Below are positions 1 through 10,306 of a DNA stretch of 64,000 bases, in pieces. A program made the translations under genes and the position numbers. The notes under the pieces are model-generated. The model saw only the letters and a program-made list of their open reading frames with translations. It searched no databases and had not been told where the DNA came from. The number at the start of each line of letters is the position of its first letter. Position 1 is the first letter of the stretch. The DNA comes from an uncultured Bacteroides sp. (GTDB lineage Bacteria; Bacteroidota; Bacteroidia; Bacteroidales; SM23-62): NCBI GenBank assembly GCA_964575235.1, contig CAZNQG010000001.1, forward strand, positions 5,467 through 69,466, read 5' to 3'.

Positions 1-690
1 GACCATGCGCTGGTAAACGTGGCTCAGCGGCAGGAAGGCCAGGGTCTTGTCCCCGAACCCCAGGGTATGCACCTTGGCGGTGGTAATAAAATTACTCACC
101 ATGTTTGTGTGCGAAAGCATAACTCCTTTTGGAAAGCCCGTGGTGCCCGATGTATAGATCAGGGTAAACAGGTCCTCCGGTTTTACGGATGCCTTTATTT
201 TTTCCAGTTCCTCCCTGTGTTTGTCCGCCTGCTTTTCCCCCAGTTCAAGGATTTCGGAATAGTTTTTAGCACCCTCCACCTCGTTGAAGGTATAGACCTC
301 GAGGACGCCCCTGGCATCGGCCAGGGGTTTGATTTTGTCGTACAGGGCCTTATCCGAGACAAAAATCAGCATGGGTTTGCAGTCATCCAGGATGTATTCG
401 TATTCTTCCAGGCTGATGGTCGGGTAAATCGGAACGTGGACCAGTCCCGCCATGCTCACGCCCATATCCACAAAATTCCATTCCGGCCTGTTGTTGGAGA
501 TGGTTGCGACCATTTCTCCCTTTTTCAGTCCCAAGTCCATCAATCCATAACTGGTCAGGTGGGATTTTTCAATGAATTGTTCGGAGGAGTAACGGACCCA
601 GACCCCCTGCTCCTTTCCGGCAAGGGCGTCGTCCATCTTGAATTTTTCACGGTATTGATCGAGGAGATCAAATATCCTGGTGATTTCCAT
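1..690 (-). CDS. Long-chain acyl-CoA synthetase / AMP-dependent ligase, N-terminal part (gene runs off the left edge)
   Basis: Own translation of the minus strand from the ATG at 690-688: MEITRIFDLLDQYREKFKMDDALAGKEQGVWVRYSS...LIYTSGTTGFPKGVMLSHTNMVSN...LPLSHVYQRMV. It carries the AMP-binding signature TSGTTGxPKG. It is absent from the supplied ORF track because there is no stop inside the window. The listed + ORF 19..696 is its antisense shadow. Confidence 0.85.
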   Translation of the reverse strand, partial: MEITRIFDLLDQYREKFKMDDALAGKEQGVWVRYSSEQFIEKSHLTSYGLMDLGLKKGEMVATISNNRPEWNFVDMGVSMAGLVHVPIYPTISLEEYEYILDDCKPMLIFVSDKALYDKIKPLADARGVLEVYTFNEVEGAKNYSEILELGEKQADKHREELEKIKASVKPEDLFTLIYTSGTTGFPKGVMLSHTNMVSNFITTAKVHTLGFGDKTLAFLPLSHVYQRMV

Positions 691-764
691 GGGTAGTGTT
701 TTGGGTTAGTAAGCCAAATATATTGAAAATCTTTGAGTATGGAGATTTAATTATATTTGTGGAC

Positions 765-1631
765 ATGAGAAAGCAGACGGCCATACTGGCGGCAGGGATT
801 CTCCTGCTTTCGTTTGCACCGGACAAACCGGCCTACCGGATATACGATTCAGGCGGGAAAAACGTAACCTTTTACAGAATGATGAAATCCCTTGCCGGGG
901 CTGACATCATCCTCTTCGGGGAGTACCATGACAACCCGATCGCCCATTGGCTCCAGAGGGAAGTGACCGCCGCGCTTTATGAGGACGACCCGGATGCACT
1001 GGTCCTCGGTGCCGAGATGCTCGAGGCCGACAACCAGCTGCTGGTGGATGAATACCTCGGGGGACTCATTCCGGAGGACAAGTTTGAGGATCAGGCAAGG
1101 CTCTGGAACAATTACAAGACCGATTACAAGCCCCTGCTTAAATTTGCATTCGACCACAAGCTGCCCTTCGTTGCGACCAACGTGCCCCGCCGTTATGCCA
1201 ACCTGGTGTACCGGGAGGGGTTCGGGGGACTGGAGGCCCTCTCGGAGGAAGCAAAAGAATTCCTGCCCCCCCTGCCCGTAAAATACGATCCCGAACTGCC
1301 GGGTTATAAGAAAATGATGGAAATGGGCCATATGGGAGGTGCAGATGTGAATGAGAATTTCCCGAAGGCGCAGGCCATCAAGGATGCTACCATGGCTTAC
1401 TTCATTCTCCGCAACTGGTCCCCGGGGAAGCGTTTTCTGCATTTCAACGGATCGGGCCATTCGGATAACTATGAGGGGATCGTCTGGTACCTGCTCCAGG
1501 ACCGCCCGGATCTGAAGGTTGTGACCCTTACCACCGTCCTGCAGGATAACCCGGAAGAATTGATGGAAGAATCGGCCGGCCGTGCCGATTTTACCATTGT
1601 GGTACCCGGCAACATGACCCGGACCTACTGA
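765..1631 (+). CDS. ChaN/DUF399 (Tiki-ChaN superfamily) haem-binding-type lipoprotein
   Basis: ORF 696..1631. The likely start is MRKQTAILAAGILLLSF at 765, which gives a signal peptide. The GEYHDNPIAHW and HFNGSGHSD motifs are typical of ChaN-family proteins. Confidence 0.7.
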   Translation: MRKQTAILAAGILLLSFAPDKPAYRIYDSGGKNVTFYRMMKSLAGADIILFGEYHDNPIAHWLQREVTAALYEDDPDALVLGAEMLEADNQLLVDEYLGGLIPEDKFEDQARLWNNYKTDYKPLLKFAFDHKLPFVATNVPRRYANLVYREGFGGLEALSEEAKEFLPPLPVKYDPELPGYKKMMEMGHMGGADVNENFPKAQAIKDATMAYFILRNWSPGKRFLHFNGSGHSDNYEGIVWYLLQDRPDLKVVTLTTVLQDNPEELMEESAGRADFTIVVPGNMTRTY

Positions 1632-1654
1632 TCCGTCGGACAGGCTGCATCCGT

Positions 1655-2533
1655 TCAGGACCGTGAGGGCCGGTCCCAGGCTTTCTCCATCTCGCGGGGC
1701 ACGCGCATGCGTTTTGTGAAGTAGATCCAGGCGGTGACTATGATCATCAGCAAAAGGGCTGGTATTCCGGCTTCGGGACCGTATTCGCCTCCCGTGATCC
1801 AGGCAGGTCCCGTATCCGTAACCTTCAGCAGGGAAGCCGAAGTGGCTGTTCCGCTTACAGGCAGGGAATAAATGTTTCTCATGAAAAAGTTCCAGCCGAA
1901 GTGCAGGCCCGACGGAAGGTACAGTGATCTGGTCCGGATATAGCAAATGGCATGCATCGCACCGAAGATCGACAGATTGACGCACACGATCCAGCTGGAA
2001 TGCGGGGTCAGCATATGACCCAGGCCAAAAACAGCCGACGTTATCAGGATGGCGCTGAAGGTATTGATGCCGGTCATAACATTCTGGAAGACGTAACCCC
2101 GGAAAAACAGCTCTTCGAATGCCGATTGAAGCAGGGTAATGGGAAGTGCGACAAGGAAAATGCTTACCATCAGGGAAACCGAAAATGTCCGGATGCTGAT
2201 TTCCACATATCCCGGAATTATGAGCAGTAAAAACAGGATGGAGACCAGCAAGAACCCGATCAGTACTCCAAGGAAGCAGGACCCGAGAAATCCCGGGTAA
2301 GGAAGAAATCCGATCGTGCCGGTGGGTCTGCGGTCAAGGAACCTGGCTGCGAGAAAGGAGAGCAGCAACAGCAGGGAAAAAAGGATGAAGTAACGAAGGA
2401 GATATTCGTCCCATAAAAGAATGCTCAGGTAATACAGCGGTGGAAATGCAACGGCCAGAAAAATGAAAATCCTCCACCCGCTCCTGATCCGCCTGTCCCG
2501 GACGAATATGCTGCGGATCTTAAAGGAAGTCAT
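1655..2533 (-). CDS. CPBP family (CAAX/Abi-type) intramembrane metalloprotease
   Basis: Polytopic hydrophobic protein with EELFFRGYVFQ (EExxxR) and FGLGH motifs. Its start overlaps the alaS stop by 4 nt (ATGA). Confidence 0.8.
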   Translation of the reverse strand: MTSFKIRSIFVRDRRIRSGWRIFIFLAVAFPPLYYLSILLWDEYLLRYFILFSLLLLLSFLAARFLDRRPTGTIGFLPYPGFLGSCFLGVLIGFLLVSILFLLLIIPGYVEISIRTFSVSLMVSIFLVALPITLLQSAFEELFFRGYVFQNVMTGINTFSAILITSAVFGLGHMLTPHSSWIVCVNLSIFGAMHAICYIRTRSLYLPSGLHFGWNFFMRNIYSLPVSGTATSASLLKVTDTGPAWITGGEYGPEAGIPALLLMIIVTAWIYFTKRMRVPREMEKAWDRPSRS

Positions 2534-5157
2534 TTTGCAGCCTTCTCCACAAGCTTACCGATCATGTCCAGCGCCTTGGGAATACCGGAGGGGTCCTTCC
2601 CTCCAGCTGTGGCGAAAAAATCCTGTCCCCCTCCGCCTCCCCGGATCGCCCCGGATACCTCCCGGATGATCTGCCTGGCATCCAGTCCCCTTTCCTTGAC
2701 AAGGTTCTCCGATATCATCAGGCTGAGGTGCGCCTTTCCTCCAAGGTCCGCACCCACGGCCATCACCAGGTTATCAACCTGGTTCTTCAGTTCAAAGGCC
2801 AGGGTTTTAATATTTTCGATGGATGTCAGCAGGATCTCTTCCGCAATGAGGTTCACACTGCCGATCTTGCGGATCCTGCCCAGGAGATTCTTCCTGGTTA
2901 TGTCCCTGAGCAGCTTACCCTGCTCTTCAATGGTCTTTTTTTGTTGGGCAGCCTCGGATATCATTTTTTCAATGGCGGGAAGGATGTCGGGCGACTTAAC
3001 GAGCTTTTCGACGGATTTCAGTGTTTGTTCGATCTCTTCCACGAAGGTTTCCGAAGGGGGACCCGCAACCGCCTCGATTCTCCTGATCCCTGCAGCGATG
3101 GCGGATTCCCTTACAATCTTGAAGAATCCTATATTGCCGGTGGAGGTGACGTGTATGCCTCCGCAGAGTTCGACGGAGTTGCCGAACTTTATCACTCTCA
3201 CGCGTTCCCCGTACTTTTCACCGAAAAAGGCAAGCGCACCCATATCCAAGGCCTTCTTCACGGGAACGGACCGGTTCTCTTCCAGGGGGATGTCGGTGCG
3301 GATAAGCCCGTTAACCATTTGCCCGATACGGCGGAGTTCCTCATCCTCCACCTTTTTGAAATGGGAGAAGTCGAACCGCAGGTAGTCCGGGTGCACCAGG
3401 GAACCTTTCTGCTCTACATGGCTTCCGAGCACCTCCCGGAGTGCAAAATGCAGCAGGTGCGTGGCGGTATGGTGGCAGGCAGTGGCTTTTCTGGCCTCCA
3501 GGTCGACCTCTGCATGGAAGGCTTTGCCGGGTTCCGAAGGGATCCTTTCGGCGATGTGAATGCTCAGGTTGTTCTCCTTGCGGGTATCGAGAATCCGGAT
3601 CGATTCCGAATCGTTCCGGATGATCCCGGTATCCCCTACCTGTCCCCCGCTTTCCGCGTAAAAGGGCGTCCGGTCGAAAACCAGATCGTACCGGGTTTTA
3701 CCCTTCTCCTTGGTACTGCGGTAGCGTGCGATCCGGACTTCGGCTTCGGATTCATCGTACCCCAGGAACTCCGTGGATTCCATGGGCAGGATTATCTGCC
3801 AGTCCCCCGCAGCGGCCCCTGCAGCGTCCCTGGAGCGGGATTTCTGCACGGCCATTTCCCGTTCAAATTCCTGCTGGCTTACCTCCAGGCCGTTTTCCTT
3901 CAGGATGAGGCGGGTCAGGTCCAGGGGGAAACCGTAGGTGTCGTAAAGAACGAAGGCGGATTTTCCATCGATGGATGTTTTCTTGTGCTTCCCGGCCTTC
4001 TCCATGATCTGGTCCAGCATCCGGATCCCGTTCGCCAGGGTTTTCAGGAAGGAATTTTCCTCTTCACGCATGACCTTGGAGATCAGTTCCTGCTGTTCCC
4101 GGATCTCAGGATAGGCATCTCCCATTTCGTCGGCCAGCACCCCCACCAGCCGGTACATGAACGGTTCCTCCTGTCCCAGGAAGGTATAGCCGTACCGGAC
4201 GGCCCTTCTCAGGATCCTGCGTATGACATAGCCCGCCTTGTTGTTCGAGGGCAACCGGTTGTCCGCGATCGAGAAACTCACGGCCCGGAGATGGTCGACC
4301 ACCACCCTCATAGCCGTACCGGTCGGTTCATCCCTGCCGTATCTGAGGGAAGTGATCTTTTCCAGTTCGCGTATAAGGGATTGGAAGATGTCGGTATCGT
4401 AATTCGATTGCTTGTCCTGCATGACCATAGCCAGCCGTTCGAGTCCCAATCCCGTATCGATATGCTTCAGGGGCAGGGTTTCAAGCTTTCCATCCGCTTT
4501 CCGGTTGTACTGTATGAAGACCAGATTCCAGAGTTCGATAACCTGCGGGTGGTCCCGGTTGACCAGCAGGGCGCCGTCTTTTTTCTTTCGATCTGCATCC
4601 GGGCGGATGTCGATGTGGATTTCCGAACAGGGTCCGCAGGGACCGGTTTCACCCATTTCCCAGAAATTATCCTTTCTGGAGCCTTTCAGGATGTGATGGT
4701 CCCCCAGGTGCCCCTTCCAGTGATCATAGGCTTCCTGGTCCGTTTCCAGCTTATTTTCCGGGTCCCCTTCGAAAAACGTGGCATACAGCCTGTCCTTTTC
4801 GATGCCAAGGGTGGAGGTAAGGAATTCCCATGCCCAGGCGATGGCTTCTTTCTTGAAATAATCCCCGAACGACCAGTTCCCGAGCATTTCGAACATGGTG
4901 TGATGGTAGGTATCGTGTCCCACCTCCTCCAGATCGTTATGCTTCCCGGATACCCGGAGACATTTCTGGCTGTTGGCGACCCTTTTGTGTGTAACCGCTT
5001 CATTGCCAAGGAATAAGTCTTTGAATTGGTTCATGCCCGCGTTGGTAAACATCAGGGTTGGATCGTTACGAACCACCATCGGTGCGGAGGGAAGGATGGT
5101 GTGGCCCCGGGATGTAAAAAAATCGAGAAAAGCCTTGCGGATATCCTTTGCGTGCAT
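2530..5157 (-). CDS. alaS: Alanine--tRNA ligase
   Basis: 875 aa. The N-terminal class II core reads FTNAGMNQFK and HHTMFEMLGNWSFGDYFK. The editing-domain motif HHTATHLLH and a C-terminal GGGGGQ/DHHA1-like tail are present. Confidence 0.98.
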   Translation of the reverse strand: MHAKDIRKAFLDFFTSRGHTILPSAPMVVRNDPTLMFTNAGMNQFKDLFLGNEAVTHKRVANSQKCLRVSGKHNDLEEVGHDTYHHTMFEMLGNWSFGDYFKKEAIAWAWEFLTSTLGIEKDRLYATFFEGDPENKLETDQEAYDHWKGHLGDHHILKGSRKDNFWEMGETGPCGPCSEIHIDIRPDADRKKKDGALLVNRDHPQVIELWNLVFIQYNRKADGKLETLPLKHIDTGLGLERLAMVMQDKQSNYDTDIFQSLIRELEKITSLRYGRDEPTGTAMRVVVDHLRAVSFSIADNRLPSNNKAGYVIRRILRRAVRYGYTFLGQEEPFMYRLVGVLADEMGDAYPEIREQQELISKVMREEENSFLKTLANGIRMLDQIMEKAGKHKKTSIDGKSAFVLYDTYGFPLDLTRLILKENGLEVSQQEFEREMAVQKSRSRDAAGAAAGDWQIILPMESTEFLGYDESEAEVRIARYRSTKEKGKTRYDLVFDRTPFYAESGGQVGDTGIIRNDSESIRILDTRKENNLSIHIAERIPSEPGKAFHAEVDLEARKATACHHTATHLLHFALREVLGSHVEQKGSLVHPDYLRFDFSHFKKVEDEELRRIGQMVNGLIRTDIPLEENRSVPVKKALDMGALAFFGEKYGERVRVIKFGNSVELCGGIHVTSTGNIGFFKIVRESAIAAGIRRIEAVAGPPSETFVEEIEQTLKSVEKLVKSPDILPAIEKMISEAAQQKKTIEEQGKLLRDITRKNLLGRIRKIGSVNLIAEEILLTSIENIKTLAFELKNQVDNLVMAVGADLGGKAHLSLMISENLVKERGLDARQIIREVSGAIRGGGGGQDFFATAGGKDPSGIPKALDMIGKLVEKAAK

Positions 5158-5315
5158 ATTTATAAGTTCGGTGATCTGTAACCTTCTTTGAGAAAAAACG
5201 TTAAATGTTCACGTCTTAGCGGCTCAATATTAGTAAGTTGTAAAATTAATTTTTTTTGCTTGAGATTTGGTGGAAAATAATTGAATTTATATTTTCGTGA
5301 ATAAGATTTCATTAC

Positions 5316-6278
5316 ATGGGTAAGCAACTGTTTCATTTTAACCCTGTTACGCACCGCTTTGAAGTTTCCAGACCCGGGCCGGTACGCCTGCTGATCCGTT
5401 ATGGCCTTCCGCTGGTGCTGGCCGTGATCCTGTCGATCGGCATACGTTACTCCCTCGGGCGCTACATTACCAATCCCAAAGAAATTAAACTTCTGGCAGA
5501 AAAGGAAGCATTTCTTAATCAATATTTGACCGTTGAGGAGAGGGTGAAGGAACTGGAAGACCGCCTGCTGGAATTGCAGCAGAGGGATGATGGCATTTAC
5601 CGTTCCTTCTATGAAATGGACCCGGTGCCCAAGTCCCTGCGGGAGGCGGGTCTCGGTGGTGCTGAACATTATGCCCACCTGGAGGGTTTCGAAAGTTCAC
5701 CCGTTATGATCGGATTGACCCGACGTGCGGATATGGCTGGAGTAAAACTCGATATCCAGGCAAATTCCTTCAACGACCTGCTTGCCAAAGCCGAATATCA
5801 CCGGCAATTGATCGATCACAGACCCTCGATCCAGCCCATCTCCTTGCAGGATTATTACTGGATCAGTTCCGTTTTCGGTTACCGTACCGATCCGATGAGC
5901 AAGCGCCGGACCATGCACCGGGGGGTGGATTTTGCGGGCATGATCGGGCTGAATGTATATGCCACCGGCGATGGCGTTGTGATCCGTACAAAAATAAGCC
6001 GCACGGGATTTGGACGGGAGGTTCTGATAGACCATGGATTCGGTTATGTGACCCGTTACGGGCACATGCAGAGCATCCTGGTGCATGTGGGACAGAAGGT
6101 CAAGCGTGGCACTGTAATCGGGACCCTTGGCACTTCCGGGAAATCCACGGGACCGCACCTGCACTATGAGGTTCGTCAACACGGCATTGCAAGGAATCCC
6201 ATGCACTTCTATTCGGAAGATCTCAGTCCCGAGGAATACTTCGAGGTCGTTAACCTGGCCGGATCTGTTGATAACTAG
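5316..6278 (+). CDS. M23 family (LytM-domain) metallopeptidase
   Basis: N-terminal TM helix, coiled-coil segment, and a C-terminal LytM domain with HRGVDFAG ... GPHLHYEV. Confidence 0.85.
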   Translation: MGKQLFHFNPVTHRFEVSRPGPVRLLIRYGLPLVLAVILSIGIRYSLGRYITNPKEIKLLAEKEAFLNQYLTVEERVKELEDRLLELQQRDDGIYRSFYEMDPVPKSLREAGLGGAEHYAHLEGFESSPVMIGLTRRADMAGVKLDIQANSFNDLLAKAEYHRQLIDHRPSIQPISLQDYYWISSVFGYRTDPMSKRRTMHRGVDFAGMIGLNVYATGDGVVIRTKISRTGFGREVLIDHGFGYVTRYGHMQSILVHVGQKVKRGTVIGTLGTSGKSTGPHLHYEVRQHGIARNPMHFYSEDLSPEEYFEVVNLAGSVDN

Positions 6279-6330
6279 GATCTTGCGGGAGACAAAGTTT
6301 TTTCTTATTTTGCATACGTGAACATCGCCC

Positions 6331-7305
6331 ATGGCCAGGTTAAAATACAGATATAACCCGGAATCCCTGAGTTACGACCGGATCAGGCCGAGCTTCAAAA
6401 AGCGCCTGCTGGTATTCCTTTCCTACCTCTCCGTGGTTTTCTCGGTGGCCGTACTGCTGAACCTGTTCTACTCCTCACTATTCGATACACCGAGGGAGAA
6501 AATGCTGATCCGCGAAAACAACCAGCTGCTCCTGCAGTACGACATCCTGAACCAGAAGATCAACAATCTTGAAACGGTGCTACAGGATATTGAAAGAAGG
6601 GATGATAACATCTACCGGACCATTTTCAATACGGATCCCATCCCTTCCTCGGTGCGGGATGCAGGATTCGGTGGAGTGAACCGGTACGAGTACCTGGAAG
6701 GCTATGAGAATTCGGAGCTGATCATAGAGACCGCGAAGCGGCTGGACCTTTTGACCAAAGCGGTTTACGTACAAAGCAAATCCTATGACGAAGTGATCGA
6801 TCTGGCAAAGAGCCGGGAAGACCAGCTTTCATCCCTGCCGGCCATCATGCCCATAGCCAACAAGGACCTGACCCGCACGGCATCCGGCTGGGGCTTCCGC
6901 ATACACCCCATCTACAAGATCCGGAAATTCCACTACGGAATGGATTTCACGGCCCCCACGGGAACCGAGGTCTATGCTACCGCCGACGGCACGGTCGATA
7001 GAATACAAAGATCCAGGCGAGGCTACGGGAACGTACTGGTGATCAACCATGGCTACGGCTATAAAACCCTCTACGCCCACCTCAACGAATTCAACAACTG
7101 CTGGGTCGGCAAGGAAGTGAAAAGAGGGGATGTTGTGGCTTTTGTGGGCAGCACGGGTCTTTCAACCGCACCGCACCTGCATTACGAAGTTCACCTGAAC
7201 GGAAAGAAGGTAAACCCCGTCAATTACTATTTTGAGGACCTTACGGCTGAGGAATTCGACCGGATGATCGAATTGTCCATGCGCCCCGGGCAGAGTTTTG
7301 ATTAG
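6331..7305 (+). CDS. M23 family (LytM-domain) metallopeptidase, tandem paralogue
   Basis: Same architecture as the upstream gene: TM, coiled coil, HYGMDFTA ... APHLHYEV. Confidence 0.85.
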   Translation: MARLKYRYNPESLSYDRIRPSFKKRLLVFLSYLSVVFSVAVLLNLFYSSLFDTPREKMLIRENNQLLLQYDILNQKINNLETVLQDIERRDDNIYRTIFNTDPIPSSVRDAGFGGVNRYEYLEGYENSELIIETAKRLDLLTKAVYVQSKSYDEVIDLAKSREDQLSSLPAIMPIANKDLTRTASGWGFRIHPIYKIRKFHYGMDFTAPTGTEVYATADGTVDRIQRSRRGYGNVLVINHGYGYKTLYAHLNEFNNCWVGKEVKRGDVVAFVGSTGLSTAPHLHYEVHLNGKKVNPVNYYFEDLTAEEFDRMIELSMRPGQSFD

Positions 7306-7313
7306 GATTCGCT

Positions 7314-8378
7314 ATGAGATCCTGCACCCTTTTATTTCTGATAAACCTTTTCCTCGTAATCCCGGTTTTTTCACAGCCAGACACCCTTACGCTGATCGGG
7401 GTGGGCGACATTATGATGGGGACCGATTACCCTTCCATACGGTACCTTCCCCCAGGCAACGATTGCCGCCCGCTGATGCAGGAGGTCTATAGCCATCTAC
7501 GGGACGCGGACATTACCTTTGGCAACCTGGAAGGCACCTTTGCCGGGAAGGAAGGCATACCTAAAATTTGCAGGGACACCACACAGTGCTTTGTTTTCCG
7601 GATGCCGCCTGAATATGTGTCCTGCCTTGTGGAAGCGGGTTTCGACATCCTCAGCCTGGCCAATAACCATTCGAACGATTTCGGGGAAGGCGGCAGAAAG
7701 GAAACCGAGCGGGTGCTGGCCGCTGCCGGGATCGCCGCCGCCGGCCCGATCGCCGGTCCCTCCGCGGTGGTGGTCCGCGACAGCATACGGTACGGCCTGC
7801 TTGCCTTTGCCCCGTTCAGGGGCTGTTACTCGATCAAGGATACTTCAACCGCGGCCCGTATGATCCGGGACCTCAGGGAACGCTGCGACATCCTGATCGT
7901 TTCGGTCCACGGCGGTGCCGAGGGAGCCGATCATCAGCACGTTACCCGGGAAGCGGAAGTGTACCTGGGCTATGACCGGGGGAACGTATATGAATTTGCC
8001 CACATGGCCGTGGATGCGGGTGCCGATGTCGTATTCGGTCACGGCCCGCACGTGATCCGGGCCGCCGAGGTTTACAGGGACCGGTTCATCATATACAGCC
8101 TGGGCAATTTTTGCACCTACCGCAGGTTCAACCTGCGGGGACCGAACGGGATCGCGCCCATCCTGAAGCTGCACCTTTTGGGGGACGGGCGTTTCCTTTG
8201 CGGAGAAATCATACCGGTACACCAGCCCGGTGAAGGGGGACCCCGGATCGACCCGCAGGGGCGTGCCATCCGCAAGCTGCGGGAGCTTACCTCGGAAGAT
8301 TTTCCCGAAGTCCCCCTGCTCATCGGGGATGACGGCCGCATCACCCTGGAAAACCCGTCCACATCACCCGATCCATGA
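7314..8378 (+). CDS. CapA family (PGA_cap, metallophosphatase-like) protein
   Basis: Signal peptide, followed by the motifs GVGDIMMG, LANNHSNDFG, VSVHGGAEG and GHGPHV. Confidence 0.8.
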   Translation: MRSCTLLFLINLFLVIPVFSQPDTLTLIGVGDIMMGTDYPSIRYLPPGNDCRPLMQEVYSHLRDADITFGNLEGTFAGKEGIPKICRDTTQCFVFRMPPEYVSCLVEAGFDILSLANNHSNDFGEGGRKETERVLAAAGIAAAGPIAGPSAVVVRDSIRYGLLAFAPFRGCYSIKDTSTAARMIRDLRERCDILIVSVHGGAEGADHQHVTREAEVYLGYDRGNVYEFAHMAVDAGADVVFGHGPHVIRAAEVYRDRFIIYSLGNFCTYRRFNLRGPNGIAPILKLHLLGDGRFLCGEIIPVHQPGEGGPRIDPQGRAIRKLRELTSEDFPEVPLLIGDDGRITLENPSTSPDP

Positions 8379-8379
8379 C

Positions 8380-9852
8380 ATGAAACGGTCCCCCGCACTC
8401 ATAAGCCTTTTCTTCACTCTGTCCGTCACCCTTTGCGCACAGGATGCCGGGAACATGGTCTATCAGGATTCCCTTCCGGTTTGCAGGGTCCTCATCGGGA
8501 CCTTCCTGGGGAACGCGCAGCGTAACTATTACGGAAACCGGGCGCCCGATACCCTGGAGGTGATCTGGAAACATTACCTGGGTGAGGGGGAAACCGTAAT
8601 ATCACGGAAACTGGGATCCAGGACCTGGGCCGGGGCAGGGTGGACAGGGCAGCCGTTGCTGGTTGAGGAGAACGGGGAGCTTTACCTGATCCAGGGAGCC
8701 TACGATCACCACCTGAAGAAGATCCGGGCGGCGGACGGGCAACTCGTCTGGGAATACGCCTTCGACGATGTGGTCAAGGGTACCGGCAGCATCTGGGAAA
8801 ACCCGGATGCAGGGGACCCGGAGGAGAGGCTGGTTATCCTGCAAGGCAGCCGTCTGGGTGTGGGCAACTACCTGGATACGAAACACATCCCAAGTTTCAG
8901 GGCCGTTTCATACCTCAGCGGGAAAGAACTCTGGAGGCTGGATGTGAAATGGACGGATTCCTACAGCCGGGACGTGGACGGCTCGGCGCTCCTACTGGGT
9001 GATACAGCTTACCTGGGACTCGAAAACTCGCTTTTCACGGTTTTTAGTCCCGATCCGGCAAAGGCCCGCATGAAGGACGGCATGCTTCAGCCCGAGATCA
9101 TCCGGGAACGGAAGCTCTACCGCCCCGAGGACGTCACGGCCCACCGGTACAACGTGGTGACGGAATCCTCGCCCAGCTCTCTGGGCAAAAGGGTATACGT
9201 GGCATCCGGGTCCGGGCACGTGTGGGGCTATAACCTGGAGACGGGGGAACTGGACTGGGATTATTACACCGGCTCGGACATGGACGGGTCGGCCGTGGTG
9301 ACGGCGGACGGCTGCCTGATGGTTTCGATCGAGAAACAGTACATCGACGGACCCGGTGGTGCCATGAAGCTGGATCCCTCCAGACCTTCGCAAGATGCGG
9401 TGGTATGGTACCAACCGGTGGCGGACAGCAGCTTTTCGGGCTGGGAGGGGGGCGTCATCGGCAGCATCGGGATGACGGATGCCTATTCCCCCGGGAGCAA
9501 AAAGCAGTTCGCAGCCTTTGTGGGGATCGATGGCTACCTCAGGGTGGTTGAACATACTGCGGTGGACAGCCTTCGTGATGTGCCCGGTCCGGACGGCAAA
9601 ACCATGTTCCATCCCCCGAAAGGGGTATATTCCGGATACGTCGGGCCATCCATTTCCACACCCATATTTGCGGAAGACAAGCTCATCGTTGCAGGATATC
9701 ACGGAATACGGCTCTACGAATATGACATGGATGGGAAGTTTATCCTGCTCGATGAACTGGGACCGGCATTTGAGTCCACCCCCATTGCTTACGACGGCAG
9801 GATATACATTGCTTCCAGGAACGGATACCTTTACTGTCTGGGGCGTAAATAA
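8380..9852 (+). CDS. PQQ-like / BamB-like beta-propeller repeat protein (secreted)
   Basis: ORF-track start 8230 rejected. MKRSPALISLFFTLSVTLCAQ (ATG at 8380, 1 nt after the capA stop) gives a signal peptide. Repeated blade motifs are present (LVWEY, ELWRL, LDWDY, YLYCLG). Confidence 0.6.
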   Translation: MKRSPALISLFFTLSVTLCAQDAGNMVYQDSLPVCRVLIGTFLGNAQRNYYGNRAPDTLEVIWKHYLGEGETVISRKLGSRTWAGAGWTGQPLLVEENGELYLIQGAYDHHLKKIRAADGQLVWEYAFDDVVKGTGSIWENPDAGDPEERLVILQGSRLGVGNYLDTKHIPSFRAVSYLSGKELWRLDVKWTDSYSRDVDGSALLLGDTAYLGLENSLFTVFSPDPAKARMKDGMLQPEIIRERKLYRPEDVTAHRYNVVTESSPSSLGKRVYVASGSGHVWGYNLETGELDWDYYTGSDMDGSAVVTADGCLMVSIEKQYIDGPGGAMKLDPSRPSQDAVVWYQPVADSSFSGWEGGVIGSIGMTDAYSPGSKKQFAAFVGIDGYLRVVEHTAVDSLRDVPGPDGKTMFHPPKGVYSGYVGPSISTPIFAEDKLIVAGYHGIRLYEYDMDGKFILLDELGPAFESTPIAYDGRIYIASRNGYLYCLGRK

Positions 9853-9907
9853 ACGGGTTGTGAATTCAAACTGATTTTTCTATTTTAGATACATCAAATT
9901 CCATCCC

Positions 9908-10249
9908 ATGCCTTACAAAGAACCCACGGTTGAAAAATTGTTTTACAGTATCGGCGAAGTTGCGCAGATGTTTAACGTCAACACTTCGCTGATCCGTTTC
10001 TGGGAAAAGGAGTTTGATATCATCAAGCCGAAGAAGAACAAGAAAGGGAACCGGCTTTTCACCAAGGAAGATATCGATAATTTGCACATCATCTACCACC
10101 TGGTCAAGGAACGGGGCATGACCCTGAAAGGAGCCCAGAAGAAAATGAACGAGAATAAGGATGATGCCATCCATAACCTTGAGATCATCGAGTCCCTCCA
10201 CAGCATCCGTAAGATGTTGCTTGAGATCAAGGATGAAATCGGCCAGTGA
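9908..10249 (+). CDS. MerR family transcriptional regulator
   Basis: N-terminal MerR-type HTH: YSIGEVAQMFNVNTSLIRFWEKEF. Confidence 0.8.
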   Translation: MPYKEPTVEKLFYSIGEVAQMFNVNTSLIRFWEKEFDIIKPKKNKKGNRLFTKEDIDNLHIIYHLVKERGMTLKGAQKKMNENKDDAIHNLEIIESLHSIRKMLLEIKDEIGQ

Positions 10250-10306
10250 TGTATTCCCGCCAGCTGCCGGCCGGGAAGGAATAAACATATCCTAAAAAAA
10301 AATCCG

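Noticed and set aside
19-696. 225-aa + strand ORF at the left edge
   Set aside because: Its translation has no recognisable motifs. The opposite strand encodes a textbook AMP-binding acyl-CoA ligase N-terminus starting at 690, so this ORF is an antisense shadow typical of GC-rich DNA.
849-1985. 378-aa minus-strand ORF spanning the chaN-like gene and the CPBP gene end
   Set aside because: It overlaps two well-supported genes on both strands and crosses their intergenic gap. No motifs are present.
2728-5016. 762-aa + strand ORF (also 2564..3385 and several 60-110-aa ORFs) inside alaS
   Set aside because: It lies entirely antisense to a full-length, motif-rich alaS. The composition is low-complexity and G/P/R/V-rich, and there is no start context.
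8230-8379. N-terminal 50-aa extension of the beta-propeller ORF
   Set aside because: It overlaps the end of capA. The internal ATG at 8380 gives a proper signal peptide right after the capA stop.
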